Shown here piece after piece: positions 1 through 8,845 of a stretch of DNA of 64,000 nucleotides (positions within the stretch are counted from its first letter, which is position 1; every line of letters begins with the position of its first letter). Under the pieces are notes generated by a model. The model made no database searches. It had not been told where the DNA came from and saw only the letters and a list, made by a program, of their open reading frames with translations. Source of the DNA: Acidimicrobiia bacterium. GTDB lineage: Bacteria; Actinomycetota; Acidimicrobiia; Spongiisociales; ZC4RG35. Made by a program: the position numbers and the translations under genes. The stretch spans positions 2,112,001 to 2,176,000 of the forward strand of contig CBDBCY010000004.1 in assembly GCA_965203555.1 (NCBI GenBank). Direction: 5' to 3'.

Positions 1-414
1 GCCCGGCGGGAAGAAGACACCCAGACCCTCCGGATATTCGGCTCGGCCCAGTGGTTGGCCGACCACGCCGACCAGGTTCCCCTGTGGCTGGTCGTCTACG
101 TCAGGGGAGACACCTCCGGCGCCTCCATCTACCCGGCGGTGTGGAGCGCCATGCTGGCGGCCCGCGGCCATGGGGTCGGCGCCTGCCTGACCACCATTTT
201 GGGGGATTTCAAGGCCGAGGAGACCGATGAACTCCTGGGCGTACCCCCCAATCGAGGATGGAAACAGGCGGCGGCGGTGTCCTGTGGATACCCGAGGGGA
301 AGATGGGGCCTGGCCCGCCGTAGTCCGGTCCACGAGGTGACCTTTCAAAACCGATGGGGCGACTCCGTTCCCTGGCGGCTTGAAGGTCCTCTATGGGAGG
401 ATCCCGATAGGTGA
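1..414 (+). CDS. Nitroreductase family protein, 5' end outside the window
   Basis: SIYPAVWSAMLAARGHGVGACLTT and ...AVSCGYP..RWG are typical nitroreductase C-terminal motifs; stop TGA 412-414. Confidence 0.8.
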   Translation, partial: ARREEDTQTLRIFGSAQWLADHADQVPLWLVVYVRGDTSGASIYPAVWSAMLAARGHGVGACLTTILGDFKAEETDELLGVPPNRGWKQAAAVSCGYPRGRWGLARRSPVHEVTFQNRWGDSVPWRLEGPLWEDPDR

Positions 415-998
415 CCTCGCGAGCGAAGAAGCTATGGGACACCAAGTCTCAAGAGCGTCTGGACGAACTTGAGCAGATTCATGCCGACATTCGAGGGTCG
501 GGCCGAGGGCGTCGTTGGTACACGAGACAGCTCAATCTGAGCCTATTTGTCGCTCTCGTTGCCCAGTTCCAACTATATTGTCGAAACCTGCACGACGAGG
601 CTGTCGAAGTCTATCTCTCCCATGCTGGCTCCCGTTGGTCTGGAGTCCTCGGAAGGCTATTGACACAGGGCCGCAAGCTCGACTGGCAGAACCCACGGGG
701 GAGTGCACTGGGAAGCGACTTCGGACGACTGGGTTTTGGGATCATCCCTGCCCTTAAGGCAAGTGGCAAGATGGCCGCGAAAGACCTCGGTAGTTTGGAA
801 ATCCTCATCGACTTTCGTAATGCGGTGTCCCACGGGAACGATAAAGAGGTCCAGTCATTGGAGAAGGAAGGACGAATTAAAGCTACATTGCAATCGTATC
901 GCCAATACAGGCGCATGACGATTAGGCTCACAGATAAAATGGACAGAGTGGTGGCAGATCAAATCGCCGCACAGTTAGGGATATCACCGCCGTGGTAA
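411..998 (+). CDS. HEPN-domain protein (RiboL-PSP-HEPN / MAE_28990-like), putative RNase
   Basis: Helical 195-aa ORF with an Rx4H motif (FRNAVSHG); GTG start overlaps the upstream stop (GTGA). Confidence 0.65.
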   Translation: MTSRAKKLWDTKSQERLDELEQIHADIRGSGRGRRWYTRQLNLSLFVALVAQFQLYCRNLHDEAVEVYLSHAGSRWSGVLGRLLTQGRKLDWQNPRGSALGSDFGRLGFGIIPALKASGKMAAKDLGSLEILIDFRNAVSHGNDKEVQSLEKEGRIKATLQSYRQYRRMTIRLTDKMDRVVADQIAAQLGISPPW

Positions 999-1222
999 AG
1001 AAGAAGATGAAGGTTCCCGATTTGCTCTTTGGCGAGGAAGTCGAGGTTCCCTGGGGATTTGAATTCACCGTGCGGGGAACGGTGTATGAGGTTTACGGCT
1101 TTGACGATGATCTGCGCGTGGTGGTCCTTGTGACCCCGGAGTTGAGCGGACAGGTGGTGGACGAGCCCACCACCGTGGTGTGGCCCATATCCAGAGTCAA
1201 ACGCATTACGCCGGTTTCGTGA
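992..1222 (+). CDS. Small hypothetical protein (76 aa, beta-rich)
   Basis: Overlaps the HEPN gene end by 7 nt; plausible composition; no recognised motif. Confidence 0.5.
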   Translation: MVKKKMKVPDLLFGEEVEVPWGFEFTVRGTVYEVYGFDDDLRVVVLVTPELSGQVVDEPTTVVWPISRVKRITPVS

Positions 1223-1363
1223 ATCCCGGTCCAAACTCACGGCTCTCCCATCCAGGTTCACCGGTGGGTCTGCTGAATCAGCGGGCGGGTGGGCGTTCAC
1301 GCGACCTATAACGGGTACACCCCTCGCCGCATCCGTATTCCATGTTGGTGCAGCGACATGCCG

Positions 1364-2377
1364 CTACCTTGGTATCTCGCCGAACAGCTTCTCGTAGGTG
1401 GAGATGGCGGCCCGGTCGGTGAAGCCCGCCACATAGTCGACTGCCCGCACCCGGGCCGGATCGCTTTCCACCCCGAAGTCGGCGGGCAGGTCCTCGGGGC
1501 GCCGGATATAGTGCTCCACCAGCCGGGTTATCACTTCCACCGCCCATTTGTTTTCACGGATGCGGGCGGGGCTTTCGTAGACCCGTTCGAACATCATGGA
1601 ACGGAACCGGGTCATCACCGCCAGCGCCTGGGGGTCCATGCTCACCACTCCCCTCCGGGCAGACTCGTCGATCACGGCGCGGGTCATGGCCGAGACCCAC
1701 CGGTCGGGCTTTCCGAACCGTTCGATCATGGCGGTCGGTATGTCGCGGGGCGAGAGGGCATCATGTCTGAAGGCGTCGTCCAGGTCGTGGGTGAGGTAGG
1801 CGATACGATCCGCGAACCGGCACAGCAGGCCTTCGGGGGTGGCGGGTCCGGGATCGATGCGCCAGGTGTGAGTGCGGATACCGTCCAGGGTCTCGAAGGT
1901 GAGATTGAGGGGCTCCAATATGTTCAGGAGCCGGATCCCGTGGGCGGCATGATGCCATTGGCCCTCCTCGACGTAGGGAGATAGTGCCTCCTCTCCGACG
2001 TGTCCGAACGGCGAATGGCCGATGTCGTGCCCCAGGCAGATCGCCTCGGTGAGACTTTCGTTGAGCCCCAAAGCCACCGCCAGGGATCTCCCGACCTGGG
2101 CGACGTGGATGGTGTGGGTGAGGCGGGTGATCACATGGTCGCCGGGCGGGTCGGCAAAGACCTGGGTCTTGTTGCGGAGGCGCCGGAATGCCTTGGAAAA
2201 AAGCAGGCGATCGCGGTCGATCTGAAAAGCGGTGAGCAGATCGTCGTCCGGTTCGGGTAGGTTTCTGCCCCGGGAGTCGGATGAACGGGTGGCGGAGGGA
2301 GACAGCGCGGCTTCCGCCCGCTGGCGCTGCAGGCGGTCCCTTATGCGCAGCGGCGGCTCTTGGCCTGGTTCTGTCAC
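1364..2377 (-). CDS. dgt: Deoxyguanosinetriphosphate triphosphohydrolase (HD domain)
   Basis: FQIDRDRLLFSKAFRRLRNKTQVF, RLTHT, GHDIGHSPFGHVGE, DRIAYLTHDLDD, VDYVAGFTD; probable GTG start at 2377. Confidence 0.92.
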   Translation of the reverse strand: MTEPGQEPPLRIRDRLQRQRAEAALSPSATRSSDSRGRNLPEPDDDLLTAFQIDRDRLLFSKAFRRLRNKTQVFADPPGDHVITRLTHTIHVAQVGRSLAVALGLNESLTEAICLGHDIGHSPFGHVGEEALSPYVEEGQWHHAAHGIRLLNILEPLNLTFETLDGIRTHTWRIDPGPATPEGLLCRFADRIAYLTHDLDDAFRHDALSPRDIPTAMIERFGKPDRWVSAMTRAVIDESARRGVVSMDPQALAVMTRFRSMMFERVYESPARIRENKWAVEVITRLVEHYIRRPEDLPADFGVESDPARVRAVDYVAGFTDRAAISTYEKLFGEIPR

Positions 2378-2469
2378 GACTTGCCCTCCCCCGTCGGTGG
2401 CCTTTGGAGTTGCTTTTGGGTGCGGTCCCAGGGCATAGTGTCCGCGGTCGAATATACCATTCCAAGCAG

Positions 2470-4365
2470 ATGGATTACCGGGCGCTTTATCGCAAATACC
2501 GGCCGCAAGTCTTCGGAGAGGTGATCGGCCAGGAACATGTGACCCGCACGCTGGTGCGAGAGGCTCGCGAGAGACGGGTGGCGCATGCCTATCTGTTCGC
2601 CGGTCCGCGAGGAACGGGAAAGACTTCCACCGCCCGGATCCTGGCCAAGGCAATCAACTGTGAGGATGCCCGCGAGGACGGCGAGCCCTGCGACCGATGT
2701 ACCACGTGCCAGGCCATTTCCGCCGGCAGTTCCCTGGATGTCCAGGAATTGGACGCAGCCTCCCATAACTCGGTGGACAACATCAGAGAAATCCGGTTGC
2801 AGGTGACCATGGTTGCGGCCGGCCCCTCCGCCCACCGGGTCTTCATTCTCGACGAGGCGCACATGCTGTCCACTGCGGCCTGCAACGCGCTGTTGAAGAC
2901 ACTGGAGGAGCCCCCTCCCAACGTTCACTTCATTCTGGCTACCACCGAGCCCTACAAACTGCTTGACACCATTCGATCCCGTAGCCAACGTTTCGATTTC
3001 CATCCTGTGCCGGCGCCGGTACTCACCCGCCATTTGACGTGGGTCTCCGAACAGGAAGGCTATGAAGTGGGAGAGGGTGGCTTGGAGACCATCGCCCGCC
3101 ATGCGGCGGGAAGCGTTCGAGATTCGCTGAGCCTGCTGGAGCAGGTGGCCGCGCTGGGTGACGGCCGGGTCGACACCGAGGGGGTGGAAAGGGCCTTGGG
3201 GGTGGCGGGGCAGGAGACGATGACGATCCTGGTACGGGCGGTGGCCGAGCGGGACGCACCGGCGGTGTTGTCGCTGGTGGCTCGTCTTGACAGCCGAGGG
3301 GTGAATCTTCGCTCTTTCATTTCCGACGGTATCGGTTTCTTCCGGGGGGTGTACCTCGCCCATCACCTTCCCGACCCCGGCGCAGTGTCCGATGAGCCAC
3401 CCGAGGTCATTGAAGACTGGAAAGAGACGGCGAGGATCCTGCCGGTTGCCGACGTCAATCGGGTGGTGGACCAGTTGGGCGAAGCGTTGATCAAGATACG
3501 GGAAGGCCGGGAAGAACGGCTGATGCTCGAGATGGCGCTTCTTTGGATAGTACGGCCGGAAATTTCCATCCATCCGGCGGCTCTTTTGCGCAGGATCGAG
3601 GCGCTGGAAGCGAGGATCGAACAGGGCGGTGCCCTGCCGGTTTCCGGTGGTGGTCGTCCCCGGACCCCTCCGCCTGCGGCCGAGGCGCCGTCCGCAGCCA
3701 AGCCCAGACCACCTGAGCCCGGCGCTGCGACCCGGCCACCCTCGCAGCGCCAGGGACCGGTCCCGGCGGAGCCTCATCATGTTCCAACAGCCGGCCCCTC
3801 GCCGGCTCCTACTCCTGGAGCGGGGCCGCTTACCTTTCGGCGACTGGCCGAGTTATGGCCGCAGGTGGTGGCCGGCTTCAGCGGAATGGACTCCGCCCTG
3901 CTGCGTCCCACCCGCCCCGCGGCGCTGGAGGGGGAACGGCTGGTGGTGGACTGTGAGGTGATCTTCCGGCGTGACCGACTCCAGGAAAGAAACACGGCCA
4001 CTCGGCTGAATGATGAGATCAAGAGGCTCACCGGCGAGAGGATCAGGGTGGAGTTCGTGGTACGGGACAAAGATGGGGTCTCACTGCCGGAACCGACATC
4101 GGACGGGTCCGATCCGCTACCGGCGCCTCCCGCCGAGCCACCACCGGACCCACCGCAGGTCCCCCAGACACCACCGGACGCCGCACCGCCGGACGACGAC
4201 CGGCCCTCTGCTCCCAAGGACCCCGATGGCGCGAGTGAAGCGAATGGGGCTGCCAAGGCAAACACGGCTGAGAAAGAACCCGAAGCAGACCTGGAGGCGT
4301 TCTTTGAAGCCGCGGACATCTCGGTAACCGAAGTTAAGCACCCTTCCGGGCCCAGCCTCTTCTGA
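2470..4365 (+). CDS. dnaX: DNA polymerase III subunit gamma/tau
   Basis: MDYRALYRKYRPQ.F.EVIGQ, Walker A GPRGTGKT, Zn-binding Cys cluster, ILDEAHML, NALLKTLEEPP; Pro-rich C-terminal linker. Confidence 0.97.
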   Translation: MDYRALYRKYRPQVFGEVIGQEHVTRTLVREARERRVAHAYLFAGPRGTGKTSTARILAKAINCEDAREDGEPCDRCTTCQAISAGSSLDVQELDAASHNSVDNIREIRLQVTMVAAGPSAHRVFILDEAHMLSTAACNALLKTLEEPPPNVHFILATTEPYKLLDTIRSRSQRFDFHPVPAPVLTRHLTWVSEQEGYEVGEGGLETIARHAAGSVRDSLSLLEQVAALGDGRVDTEGVERALGVAGQETMTILVRAVAERDAPAVLSLVARLDSRGVNLRSFISDGIGFFRGVYLAHHLPDPGAVSDEPPEVIEDWKETARILPVADVNRVVDQLGEALIKIREGREERLMLEMALLWIVRPEISIHPAALLRRIEALEARIEQGGALPVSGGGRPRTPPPAAEAPSAAKPRPPEPGAATRPPSQRQGPVPAEPHHVPTAGPSPAPTPGAGPLTFRRLAELWPQVVAGFSGMDSALLRPTRPAALEGERLVVDCEVIFRRDRLQERNTATRLNDEIKRLTGERIRVEFVVRDKDGVSLPEPTSDGSDPLPAPPAEPPPDPPQVPQTPPDAAPPDDDRPSAPKDPDGASEANGAAKANTAEKEPEADLEAFFEAADISVTEVKHPSGPSLF

Positions 4366-4464
4366 GTATCAGACCCAGGGGCTGCTCTTGGGATGCGGGC
4401 CGGTGCTCGAATCCCGAGTGGGTTCCTTGGGCTGGTTTGCGCTGCCGGTTGGGGAGGCAAGGGG

Positions 4465-5616
4465 TTAACTCATCTCCTCTTCTATGGTTCTCATAACCTC
4501 TTCCGCCATGAAACGTCGCTGTCTTCGCCGTCCCGGATCCATCTCCGTCAGGATTCCCAGGTCTTCCAGCAGCCCCAGCATTCGGATGCTTGTGGGTCGC
4601 TTGACTCCGAGCCTGGCCTCGACGCGACGAGTGTTGATAATCGGATTTGCCAGCAGAGAGTCGACGAGGAGTACAGCCTGGCTCCGTGTGGATTCGATGA
4701 CGCGGGCCCGGTACGTCTCCCGTAGATCAATGAGACGCTCAGCTCGCCGGACGGCATCATTGGCCTGAGTCTTCACCCCGTCTAAATAGAAACGTAACCA
4801 GGCGTCCAAGTCTCCCCGCTCCCGTACGCCCTGCAGCATCGCGTAGTAGTCGTCTCGGTGTTTTTCGAAGTATGAGGACAGATAGAGCAGGGGTTGGGGA
4901 AGTCGATCCCGGATTACCAGGTGAAATACGATCAGCAACCGGCCCATCCGCCCGTTGCCATCGAGAAACGGATGGATCGTTTCGAATTGGTAGTGCAGCA
5001 ACCCGCTTTGCACCAGCACCGGAATGGAACGATTCTCATGAACGAATCGCTCCCAGTCGGACAGCAGGTGACCGAGTTCGCTGGGAGGAGGTGGTACGAA
5101 CGTGGCATTTACGATCGTTGATCCGGGCGGCCCTATCCAGTTTTGAGATGTCCGAATCTCTCCGGGGTTCCGCTCTCTTCCCCGCACTCCCATCAAAAGA
5201 GTGGCGTGCATATCACGGATGAGACGCAGACTGAAAGGAAGACTGTCGAGGTGGACAAGGCCTGCTTCCATCGCCAGGACGTAGTTCAATACCTCTTCGA
5301 TGTCGGGGCTGTTGCCGTTTCCGTCTGCTTCCGCTTCCAGGATGCCCAGCAGGCTGGCTCGGGTGCCTTCGATCCGCGCTGAGGCGACGGCTTCCCGCAG
5401 TAGGTACGGTCGGATCAGAAGATGAGGGTTGGGAAGAAGGCGACCTGCACCGGCCAGACGCCCGAGCGCCGCCTCGGCGTCGGCTACGTGCAGGACGGTG
5501 TCGTGCGCCAAGTCGATGGAGTTGGGCAGAGGACTGGGATGATAAGCTGCATACCCTTTTTTGGGGACCAAGCGCACTCCACCGTAGATAGTGTCTTTGT
5601 ACTGTTTGGGATCCAC
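4465..5616 (-). CDS. Fic family AMP-transferase, class II (N-terminal inhibitory helix, C-terminal winged HTH; SoFic-like)
   Basis: Canonical HPFLDGNGRMGR motif; inhibitory (S/T)xxxE(G/N) motif SARIEG; C-terminal HTH-like segment (NPIINTRRVEARLGV...LEDLGIL). Confidence 0.93.
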   Translation of the reverse strand: MDPKQYKDTIYGGVRLVPKKGYAAYHPSPLPNSIDLAHDTVLHVADAEAALGRLAGAGRLLPNPHLLIRPYLLREAVASARIEGTRASLLGILEAEADGNGNSPDIEEVLNYVLAMEAGLVHLDSLPFSLRLIRDMHATLLMGVRGRERNPGEIRTSQNWIGPPGSTIVNATFVPPPPSELGHLLSDWERFVHENRSIPVLVQSGLLHYQFETIHPFLDGNGRMGRLLIVFHLVIRDRLPQPLLYLSSYFEKHRDDYYAMLQGVRERGDLDAWLRFYLDGVKTQANDAVRRAERLIDLRETYRARVIESTRSQAVLLVDSLLANPIINTRRVEARLGVKRPTSIRMLGLLEDLGILTEMDPGRRRQRRFMAEEVMRTIEEEMS

Positions 5617-5624
5617 GAGGATCG

Positions 5625-5630
5625 AGAATA
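5625..5630 (-). promoter_or_regulatory. Putative -10 box (TATTCT) of a leaderless fic transcript
   Basis: TATTCT lies 8 nt before the GTG at 5616; the same TAnnnT-N8-start arrangement recurs at other genes in this window. Confidence 0.5.
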
Positions 5631-5632
5631 GC

Positions 5633-5815
5633 CGACTGTTACGGAAGTCGGGGTTTTCTGTTATAGTCGAGGTTCCACCGTTATGTTGTCGTTAGGGTGA
5701 GGGTGCGACTGTTACGGAAGTCGGGGTTTTCTGTTATAGTCGAGGTTCCACCGTTATGTTGTCGTTAGGGTGAGGGTGCGACTGTTACGGAAGTCGGGGT
5801 TTTCTGTTATAGTCG
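5633..5815. repeat. Perfect 73-bp tandem repeat x2.5: three 37-bp palindromic units separated by two identical 36-bp spacers
   Basis: CGACTGTTACGGAAGTCGGGGTTTTCTGTTATAGTCG at 5633, 5706 and 5779; spacer AGGTTCCACCGTTATGTTGTCGTTAGGGTGAGGGTG twice. Confidence 0.95.
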
Positions 5816-5873
5816 CCTTCGCCCGATCAGGTTCCCACAGATTGTCCCTATCGGTCAATACCCTGAAGAGGGT

Positions 5874-6470
5874 ATGAAATTCGAGGCGCCGGTCCAGAAG
5901 GTGATAGACGAATTCGCCAGATTGCCGGGGATCGGGGCGAAGACCGCTCAGCGGCTGGCGTTCCATCTGATGTCGCTCCCCAAGGAAGCAGCCGAGCGTT
6001 TGGGGGAGGCGCTTTTGGAGATGACCGAAAAGGTGAAACACTGTGGCCGGTGCTTCAATCTCACCTCCGAGGAGTTGTGTTCCATATGTATGGATTCCCG
6101 AAGAGACCACACCGTGGTCTGCGTGGTGGAAAGGCCCCAGGACATTTCGGTGATCGAGCGCACCAACGAGTTTCGAGGCGGATACCACGTCTTGGGCGGC
6201 GCATTGTCGCCCCTGCGGGGGATAGGACCGGAGCAACTGCGAATCCCAGAATTGGAGAGCCGGATGGAGGCCGAGGGGATAGTGGAGTTGGTGATGGCCA
6301 CCAATCCCACCCTGGAGGGAGACGCCACCGCTCTGTATCTGGCCCGCGTCTTCAAGTCGCGGGCCGTGATCATCACGCGCCTGGCGTCCGGGCTCCCCGT
6401 GGGAGGAGACCTCGACTATGCCGACGCGATAACCCTGGGCCGCGCGCTGGCAGGCCGTCAGCAAATGTAG
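5874..6470 (+). CDS. recR: Recombination mediator RecR
   Basis: LPGIGAKTAQRLAFHL HhH, C4 zinc finger, Toprim ATNPTLEGDATA, SGLPVGGDLDYAD. Confidence 0.98.
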   Translation: MKFEAPVQKVIDEFARLPGIGAKTAQRLAFHLMSLPKEAAERLGEALLEMTEKVKHCGRCFNLTSEELCSICMDSRRDHTVVCVVERPQDISVIERTNEFRGGYHVLGGALSPLRGIGPEQLRIPELESRMEAEGIVELVMATNPTLEGDATALYLARVFKSRAVIITRLASGLPVGGDLDYADAITLGRALAGRQQM

Positions 6471-6518
6471 AAGAGTCGGGTCCCTGAGTTCACCGGTGCA
6501 GGCTTTGCGGAGGATCGG

Positions 6519-7826
6519 TCAGCCCAGACGAGCGGTCATTTCTGTTCGCAGCCGGGCGGCCAGGAGAGACGAGTCGGCAGTTTGAAGTTCTCCCTCTTGC
6601 ACCACCACCTGTCCGGCAACCACCACATGCCGCGGACGGCGGCCCGGATGGGCCCAGAGGAGCCCTTCCAGCGGATCGGCGACTCCGGCGTCTTCCGGCC
6701 CGGTGATGTCATAGCAGACCAGGTCGGCGCCAGCGCCGGGTTCCAGATGTCCCAGTTCCGGTCTGCCCAACCCGCGAGCCGATCCGGCGGTGGCCGCGCT
6801 CAATAATTCCAGGGCCGTGGGTGACCGGTCCGTCAGTCCTCCCACCTGCAGCGCCAGGCGAGCATCAGACAGCAGGTTGCCCGCGTCGTTGTACCCTCCC
6901 CCGCTGGTGCCCAGGCCTACGGTGATACCTGCATCGAGCAGGGCGCCCACTTGGCAGATCCCCAATCCCATGGGAATATCGAATCCGGGCGCGTGAGTGG
7001 CCGAGGCTCCCGATTCTGCGAGTCGGGCTCTCTCCGATGCCGTTATCTCGCAGAGATGGGCAATGGTGACATCGGGTTCGAGCCAACCCCAAGCTTCCAG
7101 TAGCTCCAGTGGGCGGTGCCCATAGCGGGCCGCGGCGCGGTCCACGTCGATCTGCTCGTTGGCCTGGGTGCGACGACGCAGACCCCACTGCCGGGCGGCT
7201 TCGGCGAAGACCGCGAAAGTCTGGGGACCGTCGGAATGGACCCCCGCCGGCCCGCAGGCGATCTGCAACATCCCATCGGGACTGAGCGGCGGATATCTCT
7301 CCATCACCGCTTCCATGCCCCTGGCGATCTGTGAAGGCGAATTCCCGGCCGACCCGTAACCGAACACCAGTCTGGCGCCCAACCGGTGGGTCTCCCCCAC
7401 GGTGGCATCCACCAGATCCGCCGGCGCAACGCCCTCCGGCCAGGTGAAGTGATGGTCGGCCACGGTGGTTACCCCCGCCAACAGGCCCTCCGCCACTCCC
7501 ACTGCCGCCGCGGCCGCGGCTAGGTCGGGATCGACCGACGCTTGCCGGTAGTAGCCGGCCATCGCGGTCAGCCAGTCGGCCATGGAGAGATGCCTGGTGC
7601 CTGCAAGAGTGCGGAAGGCCGATTGCAGCAGGTGATGATGGGCGTTGACCAGCCCGGGGATCACCACGCAGCCGGAGGCATCCAGGTATTGCGCGCCCGT
7701 CTCGCCGTCCGCAGGGATCCGGTCGGGGACCACTTCGGTGACCTGGCCGTCCTTGCACACCACCGAGGCGCCCCGCAGCCTTCGGAATCCGGTCCAGACC
7801 TCTTCCGCGTTGGCGACCACCAGCAT
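6519..7826 (-). CDS. Amidohydrolase, 8-oxoguanine deaminase/AtzB-like, with an altered active site
   Basis: LDASGCVVIPGLVNAHHH, GVTTVADHH, TIAHLCE, G.LEPGAGADLV; ATG at 7826 (alternative start 7844). Confidence 0.85.
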   Translation of the reverse strand: MLVVANAEEVWTGFRRLRGASVVCKDGQVTEVVPDRIPADGETGAQYLDASGCVVIPGLVNAHHHLLQSAFRTLAGTRHLSMADWLTAMAGYYRQASVDPDLAAAAAAVGVAEGLLAGVTTVADHHFTWPEGVAPADLVDATVGETHRLGARLVFGYGSAGNSPSQIARGMEAVMERYPPLSPDGMLQIACGPAGVHSDGPQTFAVFAEAARQWGLRRRTQANEQIDVDRAAARYGHRPLELLEAWGWLEPDVTIAHLCEITASERARLAESGASATHAPGFDIPMGLGICQVGALLDAGITVGLGTSGGGYNDAGNLLSDARLALQVGGLTDRSPTALELLSAATAGSARGLGRPELGHLEPGAGADLVCYDITGPEDAGVADPLEGLLWAHPGRRPRHVVVAGQVVVQEGELQTADSSLLAARLRTEMTARLG

Positions 7827-7861
7827 CAGGACGATGGTAAGCACGGTTTAACATATCTGCA

Positions 7862-8665
7862 ATGGCTGATCCTGCTTCCCGTCGACTGGAATTCCTGACC
7901 CTTCCCCAGGTGAGACAGAAGGTCGGGCCCTCATCTGTTCTGATGCTGCCGATCGGGTCGGTGGAGCAGCACGGACCTCATTTGCCCTTGACCACGGATC
8001 ACCTGATAGCCTCCGAGGCGGCGGATGCGGTGGCGGGACGCTGCGGGGAGGAACTCGATGTGTGGCTGTTGCCCACTCTGGCCGTTTCCAAGGCCAACGA
8101 ACATGCCTGGGCGCCCGGAACGCTGTGGCTGCAGGCCAGCACGCTTATGTCGGTGGTAAACGACATGGCGTCAGCGGCGGCCACCACCGGCGCCCAGCGC
8201 CTGGTATTCCTCAATTCTCACGGCGGCAACACCGCGCTGTTGGTGGTGGCATGTCGGGAGGTCCGCCTGTCCCAGGGGATGCAGACCTTTCTCCTTCATC
8301 CGTTTCTCCCCCCCGATCACGGCGGGAGGTCGACGAGCGCCCCGGTCGGCGAGTTGGGAATGGGGATCCACGGGGGTCATGACGAGACGTCGATGATGCT
8401 CCACCTCCGCCCGGACCTGGTCGACATGAGTTTGGCCAGCCGACGAGTTCCGGATCGACTGGCTGACAACCGGCATGTTCGATTCGGAGGGTCGGTGCCG
8501 TTCGGCTGGACTTCTGACGATTTCGGTCCGGACGGTCACATCGGCGATCCCACCGGCGCCACGGCCGAGCAGGGCAGAGACCTCTTCGAAGGGGCGGTGG
8601 AGATGCTCTGCGAGCAACTGGCCGAGATAGCGGTGTTCGATTTCGGAGTCGATTCACCCGGTTGA
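7862..8665 (+). CDS. Creatininase family amidohydrolase
   Basis: PIGSVEQHGPHLPLTTD, LNSHGGN, HGGHDETS. Confidence 0.92.
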   Translation: MADPASRRLEFLTLPQVRQKVGPSSVLMLPIGSVEQHGPHLPLTTDHLIASEAADAVAGRCGEELDVWLLPTLAVSKANEHAWAPGTLWLQASTLMSVVNDMASAAATTGAQRLVFLNSHGGNTALLVVACREVRLSQGMQTFLLHPFLPPDHGGRSTSAPVGELGMGIHGGHDETSMMLHLRPDLVDMSLASRRVPDRLADNRHVRFGGSVPFGWTSDDFGPDGHIGDPTGATAEQGRDLFEGAVEMLCEQLAEIAVFDFGVDSPG

Positions 8666-8677
8666 CGCTGGGGGCGT

Positions 8678-8845
8678 TCAGAAGGTGGCGGGCCCGATCA
8701 CCCCAGCGAGAGAAGCGTGGCCCATCCCGGCGCGGATCATGGAGGCGATTGCCCAGGTCAAAGGCGCCTGCTCCGAGGCGGGGCCGGAGTGCGTATAACT
8801 GTCAAGGGCGATGTCCGCCAGCACGTCCGTGTCCAGAAGAATCAT
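8678..8845 (-). pseudogene. Truncated PIN-domain (VapC-like) toxin
   Basis: Manual translation MILLDTDVLADIALD...HSGPAS is a PIN N-terminus, then unrelated sequence and a stop after 55 aa; ATGA overlap with the antitoxin stop. Confidence 0.7.

Noticed and set aside
2281-2653. N-terminal extensions of the dgt and dnaX ORFs
   Set aside because: The two extensions overlap each other; homology begins at 2377 (dgt) and 2470 (dnaX).
2374-3780. 468-aa minus-strand ORF
   Set aside because: Antisense shadow of dnaX, common in high-GC DNA; no motifs.
2470-4365. Programmed frameshift site in dnaX
   Set aside because: No A-AAA-AAG slippery site or long A-run was seen.
5633-5815. Canonical CRISPR array (37-bp repeat, 36-bp spacer)
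   Set aside because: Both spacers are identical, there are no cas genes or AT-rich leader in the window, and the spacer shares the GTTA motif with the repeat. Reported as a tandem repeat instead.
5754-6464. 236-aa minus-strand ORF running into the repeat array
   Set aside because: Antisense to recR.
7862-8665. Mycofactocin peptidase MftE
   Set aside because: No mftABCDF genes are in the window; kept as a generic creatininase-family enzyme.
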